38,460 nt of DNA from a virus. The notes beneath the pieces were generated by a model. It saw only the letters and a list, made by a program, of their open reading frames with translations. It made no database searches and was not told where the DNA came from. Each line of letters starts with the position of its first letter. The stretch's first letter is position 1. The translations under genes were made by a program, and so were the position numbers. Where the stretch lies: IMG/VR virus record IMGVR_UViG_3300024432_000008, one strand, 5' to 3'. Shown here piece by piece: positions 16,786 through 24,897 of the stretch.

Positions 16786-16981
16786 CTACACCACTATGTA
16801 CAGAAGGAGTTCCGATCCATGGCACATAGTGGTATCCCTATTTTAGAAATAATACCAGCGAACATCTCAAATTTTACTATCTATACCGGTCAAAGCAAAT
16901 TATTACTGACTTCGTATTTCGATCACAATCATAACATTTTCTTATCCTCTCTATCATCCAATTTTGGCAATATATATCTGC

Positions 16982-19774
16982 TTAGAAATTCATTCTAAAT
17001 TGCGCACTTGCTGCATGAGAAACAAAATCCGACCGAGTGCTCAAATCATAATCAAAACTGAGAACGTAGACACCATCATCAGTTGAATAATCAATACCAG
17101 CTCCGATGATTCCACCTAACGCAGCTGGCTCCGGTCCACTCGTTGGGGCGACAGTAGTTCCTGTGCTCACCCAAGAAGAATTCACCTGTGCCTTCTCTTG
17201 CAAAACATCCCAATCAGCAATTAAACGGAGCTTCGGCGACAAAGTACCACCATCAAAAACCAACTTCTTGTTCAGTGTAACACCAGCTTTGATACCAAAC
17301 AAGTCCATACTTTCAGGACTAACATTCAAAGCTCCGAACCCAGTTTCGGTGTACTCATCTGGATTTATATGCGAATATGCCAAAGTCACCTGAGGAGTGA
17401 TCGCATACAATTCCATATCAATCGGCATCCCAGCTCCAACACTAGCTGAATACGTGCTGGTGTCATACTCGCCCGTCACCGGAACACCAAATCCAGTACG
17501 CTCTGTAGCACTAGATGAATGGGCATAAGCCATAGAGCCGTTTATGAAAAAATCATTCATATACAAGGTTCCGTACAAAGTACCTTGTATCTGGTCGGTG
17601 TCTGTTATCGATCTTGCTGTACTCTTCCCTTCAACATCAATATCAGCAAAACTTAGGGCTATTCCAACCATGAAATCGCTACTAACAATCTGGTCAATTC
17701 CTATCACGATACCATGAGCATCCGCATCATATCCAGCAACTCCATCGCGCATGTCCATCTCAGAATCAGATCCAAATGCTTTCAGCCATACACCCATGTT
17801 GAGAGAGGGATTGCCGGCATTGACACCAGAATGTTTCGACAATCCGTATTTCCCAGAACTGGCAACAATGGTGTTCTGATGGCTGGTTATCGTATTATTA
17901 ACGACTGTTACCCCAGACATAGCTCCAGATAACGCAACACCAACATCAGGGTTTATCTTCTCATTAAAATGTTTGATGGACATTTTACCGTTATTAACGG
18001 CTTCTATGGCATCAACTACTTTCAGATTGATGCTTATTGCGTTATTGATTTTTGCAGTAGCTGATTCCAAAGCTTTACTGGCTGCTTTGATAGCCTTGTC
18101 ATCACTATTTTTTATAGCCTCAATCAAATCAGCCTCAGCAGCTTCCATAGCCTCAATAGCCGTCTCAACACCAGCCATCTCACTTACAAAAGTTTTAGCA
18201 GCATCAAATTCAGCTTGAGTCAATACGTTGATGATACCTGCTTTTTTCAAAGCTTTTGCATCAGCCATCATCTCATCTGTTACTTCAGTCCGAGCTGCTG
18301 TGACAATGGCATCAAGAACATTTTGATCTGTTGCTACGTCCCGAGCTGCTGTGACAATGGCGGCATCGATCTCTTCTTGAGTGATTGAGCCATCATTGAC
18401 TATCTGCTGATTTTCGTAAACTTCAACGACTTTCTGTGCTTGTGCCTCGGTGACCAAAATACTTTTTATATAAGCCTCAGCCCAATCAGTATCATTATTA
18501 TCAATCAGAGCCGAAGCTTCGATTGCATTCTCTTCATTAATATTAACTCCCGTAACGAGGTTTTCATTAACTGTTAATAATTTCAGAATATTTGCACCAT
18601 CACCGTTACCAAAATCATTGACGGAGACATTGTCCTCAACAGTAACTACAACAATCTCATTAATAAAATTGTCAGCATCCTCAAACTGTTTAACAGTTAC
18701 CACGTCACGTTTAGCGGTATTTGCAGCAGCATCAATCTGAATCTGGTTTATTGCACCAGCAAAAACCAAATCCGAAGCAGCATCAATATCAACTTGACTT
18801 ATCACATCAGCAGAAATCAAAGCCTCAGCCTTGGCAATATCGGCCAGTGTGACGTCTACGATGGGCCCAGCATCCCGTAGTGCTTCAGCAGCTGTAATGC
18901 GGTCAGAGGTGATCTCTTCGCCGTTGTTGCCATCTGGATCATCGTAGAATGCTATCTTGGTGTTTGCTTTGTGAGCTGCTTTAATGGCCTCGACCTGTGC
19001 CAATGTAAGATGCACAGCTGGACTATCCTCATACAAAGCACCTTCGGCGTAAGCCTCACTATTAAAACTCCGCTTCAGATTACCTACAACTTCTGCAGTG
19101 ACAGGAACATCTACAGAATCAATCCCAAGAATCGCATCAATATTCTCATCAGGAATCGCATCAATACCCTCATCTGTTGACGCCACAGTCTCAACAGCCA
19201 ACAATTCAGTCGCTGCATAATCGAAACCTGTTCCAAGGTCCACCAGATAAGAGGCCGCATCAACTTGAATCTGAGTAACTCCCTCAACATCAGCTTGAGT
19301 AAAGATTCTCTCACTACCAAGAACATCAACACTTGTCTTGAAATTAGACAAGACTTCTCGGAGTCGCTCAACTTCCGTAGTGGCAAGATCGACACTGGAG
19401 AAGGTAGCGGAACTGGTCCAATCATCCCTGGTGTCCAAAGACGTGTTGTACGCAGCAAGAGCATTTTTATACTCAGAAACTGCTGCATTGATGGAATCAT
19501 CAACTGTATCGATTGTGATACCATCAACAGCACTTACGTACGCATCAAACGTTATCTCTGTCTTACCTTCAATAACACTCATCTCGTGGTTAGCTGCAAT
19601 CGCCTTATCAAAAGCAATATCGGCCGTATTCAAGTGCTCGTTAACGGTGCTAAATTGAGCAGCAAAAGCAGCCGAAACATCACTGAAATCATCTCCAGCT
19701 ATAGCAACAGTCACACCAGAACTCATAGACAACACACACGCGAGAAATAAAACCGACTTTTTCATAGTATTCAT
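16982..19774 (-). CDS. type Va autotransporter: signal peptide, ~640-aa acidic passenger, C-terminal beta-barrel translocator
   Basis: MNTMKKSVLFLACVLSMSSGVTVAIA/GDD is a Sec signal. The C-terminal ~280 aa (NMGVWLKAFGSDSEMD...GIVIGIDQ...) show alternating beta-strand patterns. The protein ends SAQFRMNF, an outer-membrane-protein beta-signal with terminal Phe. Confidence 0.85.
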   Translation of the reverse strand: MNTMKKSVLFLACVLSMSSGVTVAIAGDDFSDVSAAFAAQFSTVNEHLNTADIAFDKAIAANHEMSVIEGKTEITFDAYVSAVDGITIDTVDDSINAAVSEYKNALAAYNTSLDTRDDWTSSATFSSVDLATTEVERLREVLSNFKTSVDVLGSERIFTQADVEGVTQIQVDAASYLVDLGTGFDYAATELLAVETVASTDEGIDAIPDENIDAILGIDSVDVPVTAEVVGNLKRSFNSEAYAEGALYEDSPAVHLTLAQVEAIKAAHKANTKIAFYDDPDGNNGEEITSDRITAAEALRDAGPIVDVTLADIAKAEALISADVISQVDIDAASDLVFAGAINQIQIDAAANTAKRDVVTVKQFEDADNFINEIVVVTVEDNVSVNDFGNGDGANILKLLTVNENLVTGVNINEENAIEASALIDNNDTDWAEAYIKSILVTEAQAQKVVEVYENQQIVNDGSITQEEIDAAIVTAARDVATDQNVLDAIVTAARTEVTDEMMADAKALKKAGIINVLTQAEFDAAKTFVSEMAGVETAIEAMEAAEADLIEAIKNSDDKAIKAASKALESATAKINNAISINLKVVDAIEAVNNGKMSIKHFNEKINPDVGVALSGAMSGVTVVNNTITSHQNTIVASSGKYGLSKHSGVNAGNPSLNMGVWLKAFGSDSEMDMRDGVAGYDADAHGIVIGIDQIVSSDFMVGIALSFADIDVEGKSTARSITDTDQIQGTLYGTLYMNDFFINGSMAYAHSSSATERTGFGVPVTGEYDTSTYSASVGAGMPIDMELYAITPQVTLAYSHINPDEYTETGFGALNVSPESMDLFGIKAGVTLNKKLVFDGGTLSPKLRLIADWDVLQEKAQVNSSWVSTGTTVAPTSGPEPAALGGIIGAGIDYSTDDGVYVLSFDYDLSTRSDFVSHAASAQFRMNF

Positions 19775-19829
19775 ATAGTTACAATCTCTCATTTTCACTA
19801 GTAAAATTAACAACATCATGACTGTTGCT

Positions 19830-19858
19830 ATAATACCATATATGTATCTGAGATGCAA
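19830..19858 (-). promoter_or_regulatory. sigma70-like promoter for the autotransporter gene
   Basis: The minus strand reads TTGCAT (19858..19853), 17-nt spacer, TATTAT (19835..19830). It lies in the 95-bp spacer between the gp10-like stop (19870) and ATG 19774. Confidence 0.5.
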
Positions 19859-19869
19859 CATGATTAAAC

Positions 19870-20322
19870 TCACAACCTATTCAACCTAGCAGCATTCTCA
19901 TTGAAAATCCTGGAAAAGTTCCTTTCGGTAATTCTTACAACTCCTTGCGGAGCCTGTCGGGAAAAACCACCTACCGTCTTCGGGCCATCCCGATACCCAC
20001 CAAATTCTATGGTCTCAGCATATGGAAGATTATTTGTTAACCAAAAAATACGTGCATTAGCTGCTTGATTAACTGTTTGCTCAATCTCCCGATTTACTTG
20101 ATTCAATGGCCTAATAGCAGTTGTAACTTGTGTGGATGGAATTCCTATCGTCACAAACCAATTACCTCTAAACCTACCACCAGTAGCTGGTGATTCTTGT
20201 ACTGGGGACGCACGTACTACTTGTCCAAAAATTTTAATAACAGTAATCCTGTAAGTCTCATCAGACAAATTAGTGAAATCAATTCTAAAATCTCTGATTT
20301 GACTTGCAAAACTAGCCATCAA
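19870..20322 (-). CDS. HK97 gp10-family head-tail joining / tail completion protein
   Basis: VRASPV...TGGRFRGNWFV and NNLPYAETIEFGGY are typical of the family. Confidence 0.7.
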   Translation of the reverse strand: MMASFASQIRDFRIDFTNLSDETYRITVIKIFGQVVRASPVQESPATGGRFRGNWFVTIGIPSTQVTTAIRPLNQVNREIEQTVNQAANARIFWLTNNLPYAETIEFGGYRDGPKTVGGFSRQAPQGVVRITERNFSRIFNENAARLNRL

Positions 20323-20615
20323 GGTAACCGACTTCGATTGCTCGGTCTCTTTTTTAATCTATCCCATGACCTATTCCTGACTCCAAAATTGTCCCCATAA
20401 GAACTAGGGTTGCGTGTATCAATCTTCCCTGTGTAAGGATTAACATTACCTTGAGTACTCCAATTATTATTAATAGTACTATCCGAAGAAGATCGATAAT
20501 GTCCCGGCACATAGGTACCATTCGATTTCATGTAACCATTCACCCAGGTATCAGCATGAGCAAAACTAGAAAACATTGTCAATGCCGACAATAAGAACAT
20601 CCCAATAAATTTCAT
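20319..20615 (-). CDS. small exported protein (signal peptide plus Asn/Ser/Gly-rich mature part)
   Basis: MKFIGMFLLSALTMFSSFAHA/DT signal. The mature part is WVNGYMKSNGTYVPGHYRSSSDSTINNNWSTQGNVNPYTGK. Confidence 0.65.
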   Translation of the reverse strand: MKFIGMFLLSALTMFSSFAHADTWVNGYMKSNGTYVPGHYRSSSDSTINNNWSTQGNVNPYTGKIDTRNPSSYGDNFGVRNRSWDRLKKRPSNRSRLP

Positions 20616-20618
20616 AAA

Positions 20619-21002
20619 TCAACGCCTCAAATGTACAATATATAAAATCGTTCGATTTGTATAACGTGACAGATTAATACTAACAATTGAATATTTCAGC
20701 CCATCCAACAATACTTTATCACCCATTTTTGGCTCTATCGTACTATCTACTTTCAACAGTTGATCACCAGCTTGTATCACATTACCATTCGTACTAATTG
20801 CATTGGTATATTTCCTGCTAAAAGCAACTACAACACCCACTAAATTAAAAAATACTGCCGTTCCAGGTTCATTTTCACCAGTAGTAGGATTGAAACTAAC
20901 AGAAATTTGCTCTAATTGAATGGAATCAACACCAACTGTTCGTTCATCAAACTTTGCCAAAAGCTTAAATGCTAAATTCTGAAATTTTAAAGCTAAACTC
21001 AA
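20619..21002 (-). CDS. head closure / head-tail joining protein (tentative)
   Basis: 127 aa between the adaptor and gp10-like genes. C-terminal GDKVLLDGLKYSIVSI resembles head-closure proteins. Confidence 0.45.
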   Translation of the reverse strand: MSLALKFQNLAFKLLAKFDERTVGVDSIQLEQISVSFNPTTGENEPGTAVFFNLVGVVVAFSRKYTNAISTNGNVIQAGDQLLKVDSTIEPKMGDKVLLDGLKYSIVSINLSRYTNRTILYIVHLRR

Positions 21003-21502
21003 CCTCTCATCCCTCGCATCACAAATCCTGCCGTTTCAAACAATGGATTTAGAGAATCGAGAACCCTAATGAGATTAAATGATCCTTCCATAGCCCTTGT
21101 ATTAAAATATGAAACTTTTACAGCTCCTACGACTTCCTCTGATTGGACTACCTGACCGCTTACAGTTGGTTGTAACACTACACCAGTTGAAAATTCATAT
21201 GCTGCAAATACTTGAGCATCAATAAGCTCTTGAGGAATCACATCAGTATCAAGTACAAAATCATCAATACAAACCCCTATACGCGGCCATTGCAAAGGTT
21301 GATTCCGTTCTGTTTTTTGACCTTTGTATTTTGCTCTAAATGCCTCAATATAAGTCATGCTATTTAATAATTGTTGTTCTGCAGTGACATCGTTAGCATC
21401 TAAATCTTGACCTAGAAAATTCAATATTACCCGTGCATCAATCACCGATACATAACTATTCGCATTTGGAATATTTGATCCATCCTCAACTATAATACTC
21501 AT
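20999..21502 (-). CDS. head-tail adaptor (gp6-like / DnaT-like N-terminus)
   Basis: The N-terminus IVEDGSNIPNANSYVSVIDARVIL is typical of gp6-type connectors. Lies downstream of the coat region. Confidence 0.6.
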   Translation of the reverse strand: MSIIVEDGSNIPNANSYVSVIDARVILNFLGQDLDANDVTAEQQLLNSMTYIEAFRAKYKGQKTERNQPLQWPRIGVCIDDFVLDTDVIPQELIDAQVFAAYEFSTGVVLQPTVSGQVVQSEEVVGAVKVSYFNTRAMEGSFNLIRVLDSLNPLFETAGFVMRGMRG

Positions 21503-22242
21503 GAATAAAAATCCGGTTCTTTATTTAAAGTAGAATCTCGATCAACTTTAAAATGTGCATCAAGATTTAGACCAAACGCATTACCAGTGAATGTGTCATT
21601 AGCATGCGCCGCATCCCGAAAAACTCTAGCAAGTATCAGCATATCTGGTTCTGCATTAGGTACAGTTACCCCAGGATCCGAAAATTCAGCTAACATATGC
21701 TGATGAATGATACCAGGCGCAACTTGCTCAATAAATATAGTTGTTGTATTTGGAAACGCATCTTGACCATGCCCACGTGAAGCAGAAAACTCAATGCCCC
21801 ATCGCACAGTACCAGTATCTGTATTATCTGGAGCCCAATGGACATGTGGAAAAAATGCTGTCCCTATAGCATAATCATGATTGATATGAAAAGACGTCCA
21901 TAATTCATTTAAAGTAGATGGGGCAAAAGAAAACGCATAAACTCCGCTTGAACTAGCACCATCATTAACAACCATAGTCCAGGTTGGTTGATTAGGACCA
22001 GTAACTCTAGCATTGGAAAAACTACCTAATATATCTCGCCAACCTGGAGAATGTTTAAATAACTGACCCGTAGTTTCAAGATTACTATTGATCGTTTGAT
22101 CAATAGTTTCTACAGTGTTAAGATTCGAATCAATAGCATTCGTTGACACAATTCTTCGATCTGCAGGTGTTATTTCACCTGTAGTATTATCAGGATTCAA
22201 ATCATTTATCTGAGAGATACTGTCTGCTTTGTTAAGTGCCAT
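21499..22242 (-). CDS. hypothetical virion-module protein
   Basis: 247-aa ORF, coupled to its neighbours by overlapping codons. No motif recognised. Confidence 0.5.
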   Translation of the reverse strand: MALNKADSISQINDLNPDNTTGEITPADRRIVSTNAIDSNLNTVETIDQTINSNLETTGQLFKHSPGWRDILGSFSNARVTGPNQPTWTMVVNDGASSSGVYAFSFAPSTLNELWTSFHINHDYAIGTAFFPHVHWAPDNTDTGTVRWGIEFSASRGHGQDAFPNTTTIFIEQVAPGIIHQHMLAEFSDPGVTVPNAEPDMLILARVFRDAAHANDTFTGNAFGLNLDAHFKVDRDSTLNKEPDFYS

Positions 22243-22471
22243 TAGGTTTTTGCATCATTAGTGGTGGTGGTGGAACCGAGACCAACTGTGAAGCATGAAT
22301 CCCAGGTGATAACACTTTATTTAATTCCCTTGGCACATGCAGTTGTTCTGCTTGAATCACAGTCTCAGGATTATAATCAACCCATACAGTCATAATGTCA
22401 GCATTAAAATCAGTTACATTAATTATGACCTTTTGACCTTTGACATTTACTTCCATCGTTGGACATTTCAT
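22232..22471 (-). CDS. hypothetical protein
   Basis: 79-aa ORF directly downstream of the coat gene, in the operon orientation. Confidence 0.45.
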   Translation of the reverse strand: MKCPTMEVNVKGQKVIINVTDFNADIMTVWVDYNPETVIQAEQLHVPRELNKVLSPGIHASQLVSVPPPPLMMQKPNGT

Positions 22472-22476
22472 GATGA

Positions 22477-23625
22477 TTATCCTAATAGTGTACCAGTATG
22501 TTCAGGTTTAATATTTTTAACTCCCCATGCTGTAGCAATTTCCCATTGCACCATCTTGTAACCTAAATACAACGCAACTTCAAAAACCAATCCATTTCGA
22601 GGATCTGTAACTGTCATCCGATCCACAGCTAGATCTTGGCCACCTACCAAAGCAGGCAAACGATTCAACAAAATCACAGCAGAACGACTAAAAAACGAAT
22701 TTTGAACCCCAGTTGCACCAACTGTCAACGCTACCGCAGAAGTTGGTAATGCAATACGTAATCCAGGAGCAGCAATAGTCAATACCCCAGGAGCAGCAAG
22801 GCCAGTAGTAACAATATATTTGTTTGTATCACCAGCAAAGGTTACAGCATCACCAGTAACAATCGTATCCGCTCCAGTAATCAAAGTGATATCCGTTTCT
22901 CCAATAGCGTATCCAGAGGCATCACTTGTATAACTAGTACCTGTACCCTTGGTAGTTTCCTGAACTCCAGCCGATTCTCGAATAGCAAAACCATTCAGAT
23001 CCAACAACGTACCACTACGCAAAGTCTCAGTTGTACCAGCCTCGTTAGCCTTCGTCAGTTGAGTATTCTTGCGTATTTGAGCCCCCGCCGTTGAATCAAT
23101 GACCATTTGTAAGTCAGTCAAAGGAGCCCCATTGTCAATCATAATCTTACGAGAATCAGCAGACTCATCAATTTTGTTGTTAAATGGAGTAGTACCCGCA
23201 ACACCACTAGCGCGACTTGCAGTATCTTTTATCTCAACTGCCAAATCAACATCTATCTCATTGCGGAGTGTCCGCATAGCTTGCAATACTTCATCATCCA
23301 GAATTGATTGCTGGCCTATCCCTGGAGGATCTAATGACAATGTTTCTTCACCTCGCCAAGGCAATTTCACCGCGCGAGACTTAGTAATCGTCATGTTAAC
23401 AGGGTCCATCACAATCCCTGCTGCCTCCGTAACGGTCATTGCGGGTACAATGTCAACAGCAGAAATAGTTGGAGTTCGGTTGACTGTAACCGTTTGACCC
23501 AAAGCTACCCTTGACGCTCTAGCATCACGTGAAACAGCTGGAGCATATCCAACCGCTTCTGCTGAAATTACATCAAGAGCACGATATATTACCGGGATTA
23601 ACCCAGTGAGTGTATTTGCAGACAT
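22477..23625 (-). CDS. major capsid protein (P22 coat-like)
   Basis: 382 aa following the scaffold gene. The N-terminus LTGLIPVIYRALDVISAEAVGYAPAVSRD...GQTVTV resembles the P22 gp5 coat family. Confidence 0.75.
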   Translation of the reverse strand: MSANTLTGLIPVIYRALDVISAEAVGYAPAVSRDARASRVALGQTVTVNRTPTISAVDIVPAMTVTEAAGIVMDPVNMTITKSRAVKLPWRGEETLSLDPPGIGQQSILDDEVLQAMRTLRNEIDVDLAVEIKDTASRASGVAGTTPFNNKIDESADSRKIMIDNGAPLTDLQMVIDSTAGAQIRKNTQLTKANEAGTTETLRSGTLLDLNGFAIRESAGVQETTKGTGTSYTSDASGYAIGETDITLITGADTIVTGDAVTFAGDTNKYIVTTGLAAPGVLTIAAPGLRIALPTSAVALTVGATGVQNSFFSRSAVILLNRLPALVGGQDLAVDRMTVTDPRNGLVFEVALYLGYKMVQWEIATAWGVKNIKPEHTGTLLG

Positions 23626-23634
23626 AATAACCCT

Positions 23635-24324
23635 CTAATTTTGATCGACAAAACCACCACCATCACGAACAAATTTTGCAACTTCTACTGGTGCCATGGA
23701 TTTAAATTGTTCTCGACTTTTTGTTTTTCCTGTAGCTTCACCATGGTTACCAATACTACCAGGGGAACCACCGCCACTAGCTCTATTTGCAACCAAATGA
23801 TTGCTATAACCTTTATCAAGTCTTATCTCATCCAAAACTTGAAGGCCTGTTTTCCCTGTCAATTCAGAACCATCAATCTCAACAATGTTATTATTTCTAA
23901 CAGTCAAACGAGACGCTATTTTGGCTGTTATAGCATCTCGCACCAAAGAATCAGGGACAACCTGCTTATTAACAAATTCAGTAACAAAGCTACTAACAAT
24001 TTGTGCCTGTTCAGCCTCAAACCGAGTTTTCTCATCATTAAGGATTCGTTGCTCTAAATCCTGAGTCTTTTTATCCCGGTCAGCCAAAAGCTTTTTCATT
24101 CCATCAAGATTAGTTACGTTGTTAAGCTCAATCTCATCTTTATCTTTCTGACTTTTTTTTATCGCATCTGCTCTTTCTTTTTTCATCTTGTCTTGTCCAA
24201 TCAACAAATCATCACGATCCTTTGTTAACTTGGAAACAGCATCATCATGATGTTTTTTGATTCGTGTTCTTTGCTCATCTGTTAATCCTTCAACACTTGA
24301 AAAAGTCAAATCAATACTCCTCAT
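23635..24324 (-). CDS. scaffolding protein
   Basis: 229 aa, highly charged K/E/D-rich helical sequence, immediately upstream of the coat gene. Confidence 0.65.
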   Translation of the reverse strand: MRSIDLTFSSVEGLTDEQRTRIKKHHDDAVSKLTKDRDDLLIGQDKMKKERADAIKKSQKDKDEIELNNVTNLDGMKKLLADRDKKTQDLEQRILNDEKTRFEAEQAQIVSSFVTEFVNKQVVPDSLVRDAITAKIASRLTVRNNNIVEIDGSELTGKTGLQVLDEIRLDKGYSNHLVANRASGGGSPGSIGNHGEATGKTKSREQFKSMAPVEVAKFVRDGGGFVDQN

Positions 24325-24586
24325 TGTAAATATTCAATACTTCTTCTTCTTCAAATTCAATATTTTTAACTCGCTTAAGTTTCCCGCCGTCATTCACATC
24401 ATTTGCATAAAAATCACCATTCACTACAAAATCGTCACAATTAAAATCCGAAATCCACAATTTTGCAATTGTTCTATCATTTGGCAAAACAACTATTTCT
24501 AATTTAGCAATACCATCAATAGTCTCACCGTTATGGGTAATTTTTGCATCCGCACCTGTCAAACCAATTTTAATGTCTATATTCAT
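24311..24586 (-). CDS. hypothetical protein
   Basis: 91-aa ORF overlapping the scaffold start. Confidence 0.45.
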   Translation of the reverse strand: MNIDIKIGLTGADAKITHNGETIDGIAKLEIVVLPNDRTIAKLWISDFNCDDFVVNGDFYANDVNDGGKLKRVKNIEFEEEEVLNIYNEEY

Positions 24587-24613
24587 ATTTGCTCACTTCA
24601 TAAATATTAAAAT

Positions 24614-24792
24614 GATTAGTCTTGCAACGTATATTTTTCATAGAGATGGTAAAAGACACACCTGTAAAGCGACAAACCCTAATGAAATGCAAGACTAACC
24701 ATTTGAATATTTAGAGATGGTCCCACCAGAGGTAAAATGTCATGAGCAACCGGTCGAGTAGCAACTTGACGATAGAACCTTCTCTAAATATT
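24614..24792 (-). other. two adjacent long imperfect hairpins in a 311-bp intergenic gap (structured RNA or regulatory element candidate)
   Basis: Stem I pairs 24614..24626 with 24688..24700. Stem II pairs 24706..24720 with 24778..24792. TAGAGATGGT is repeated at 24641 and 24712. Confidence 0.4.
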
Positions 24793-24897
24793 TAAAGTAT
24801 GTGAGAAAGTAAAATTAGAGATTCCTCCTTATATAGAAAGTTACTAACCTACAAGCTATTTCTAAAATTAAAAAGAAAAATCTCCAACTTTACTTTC

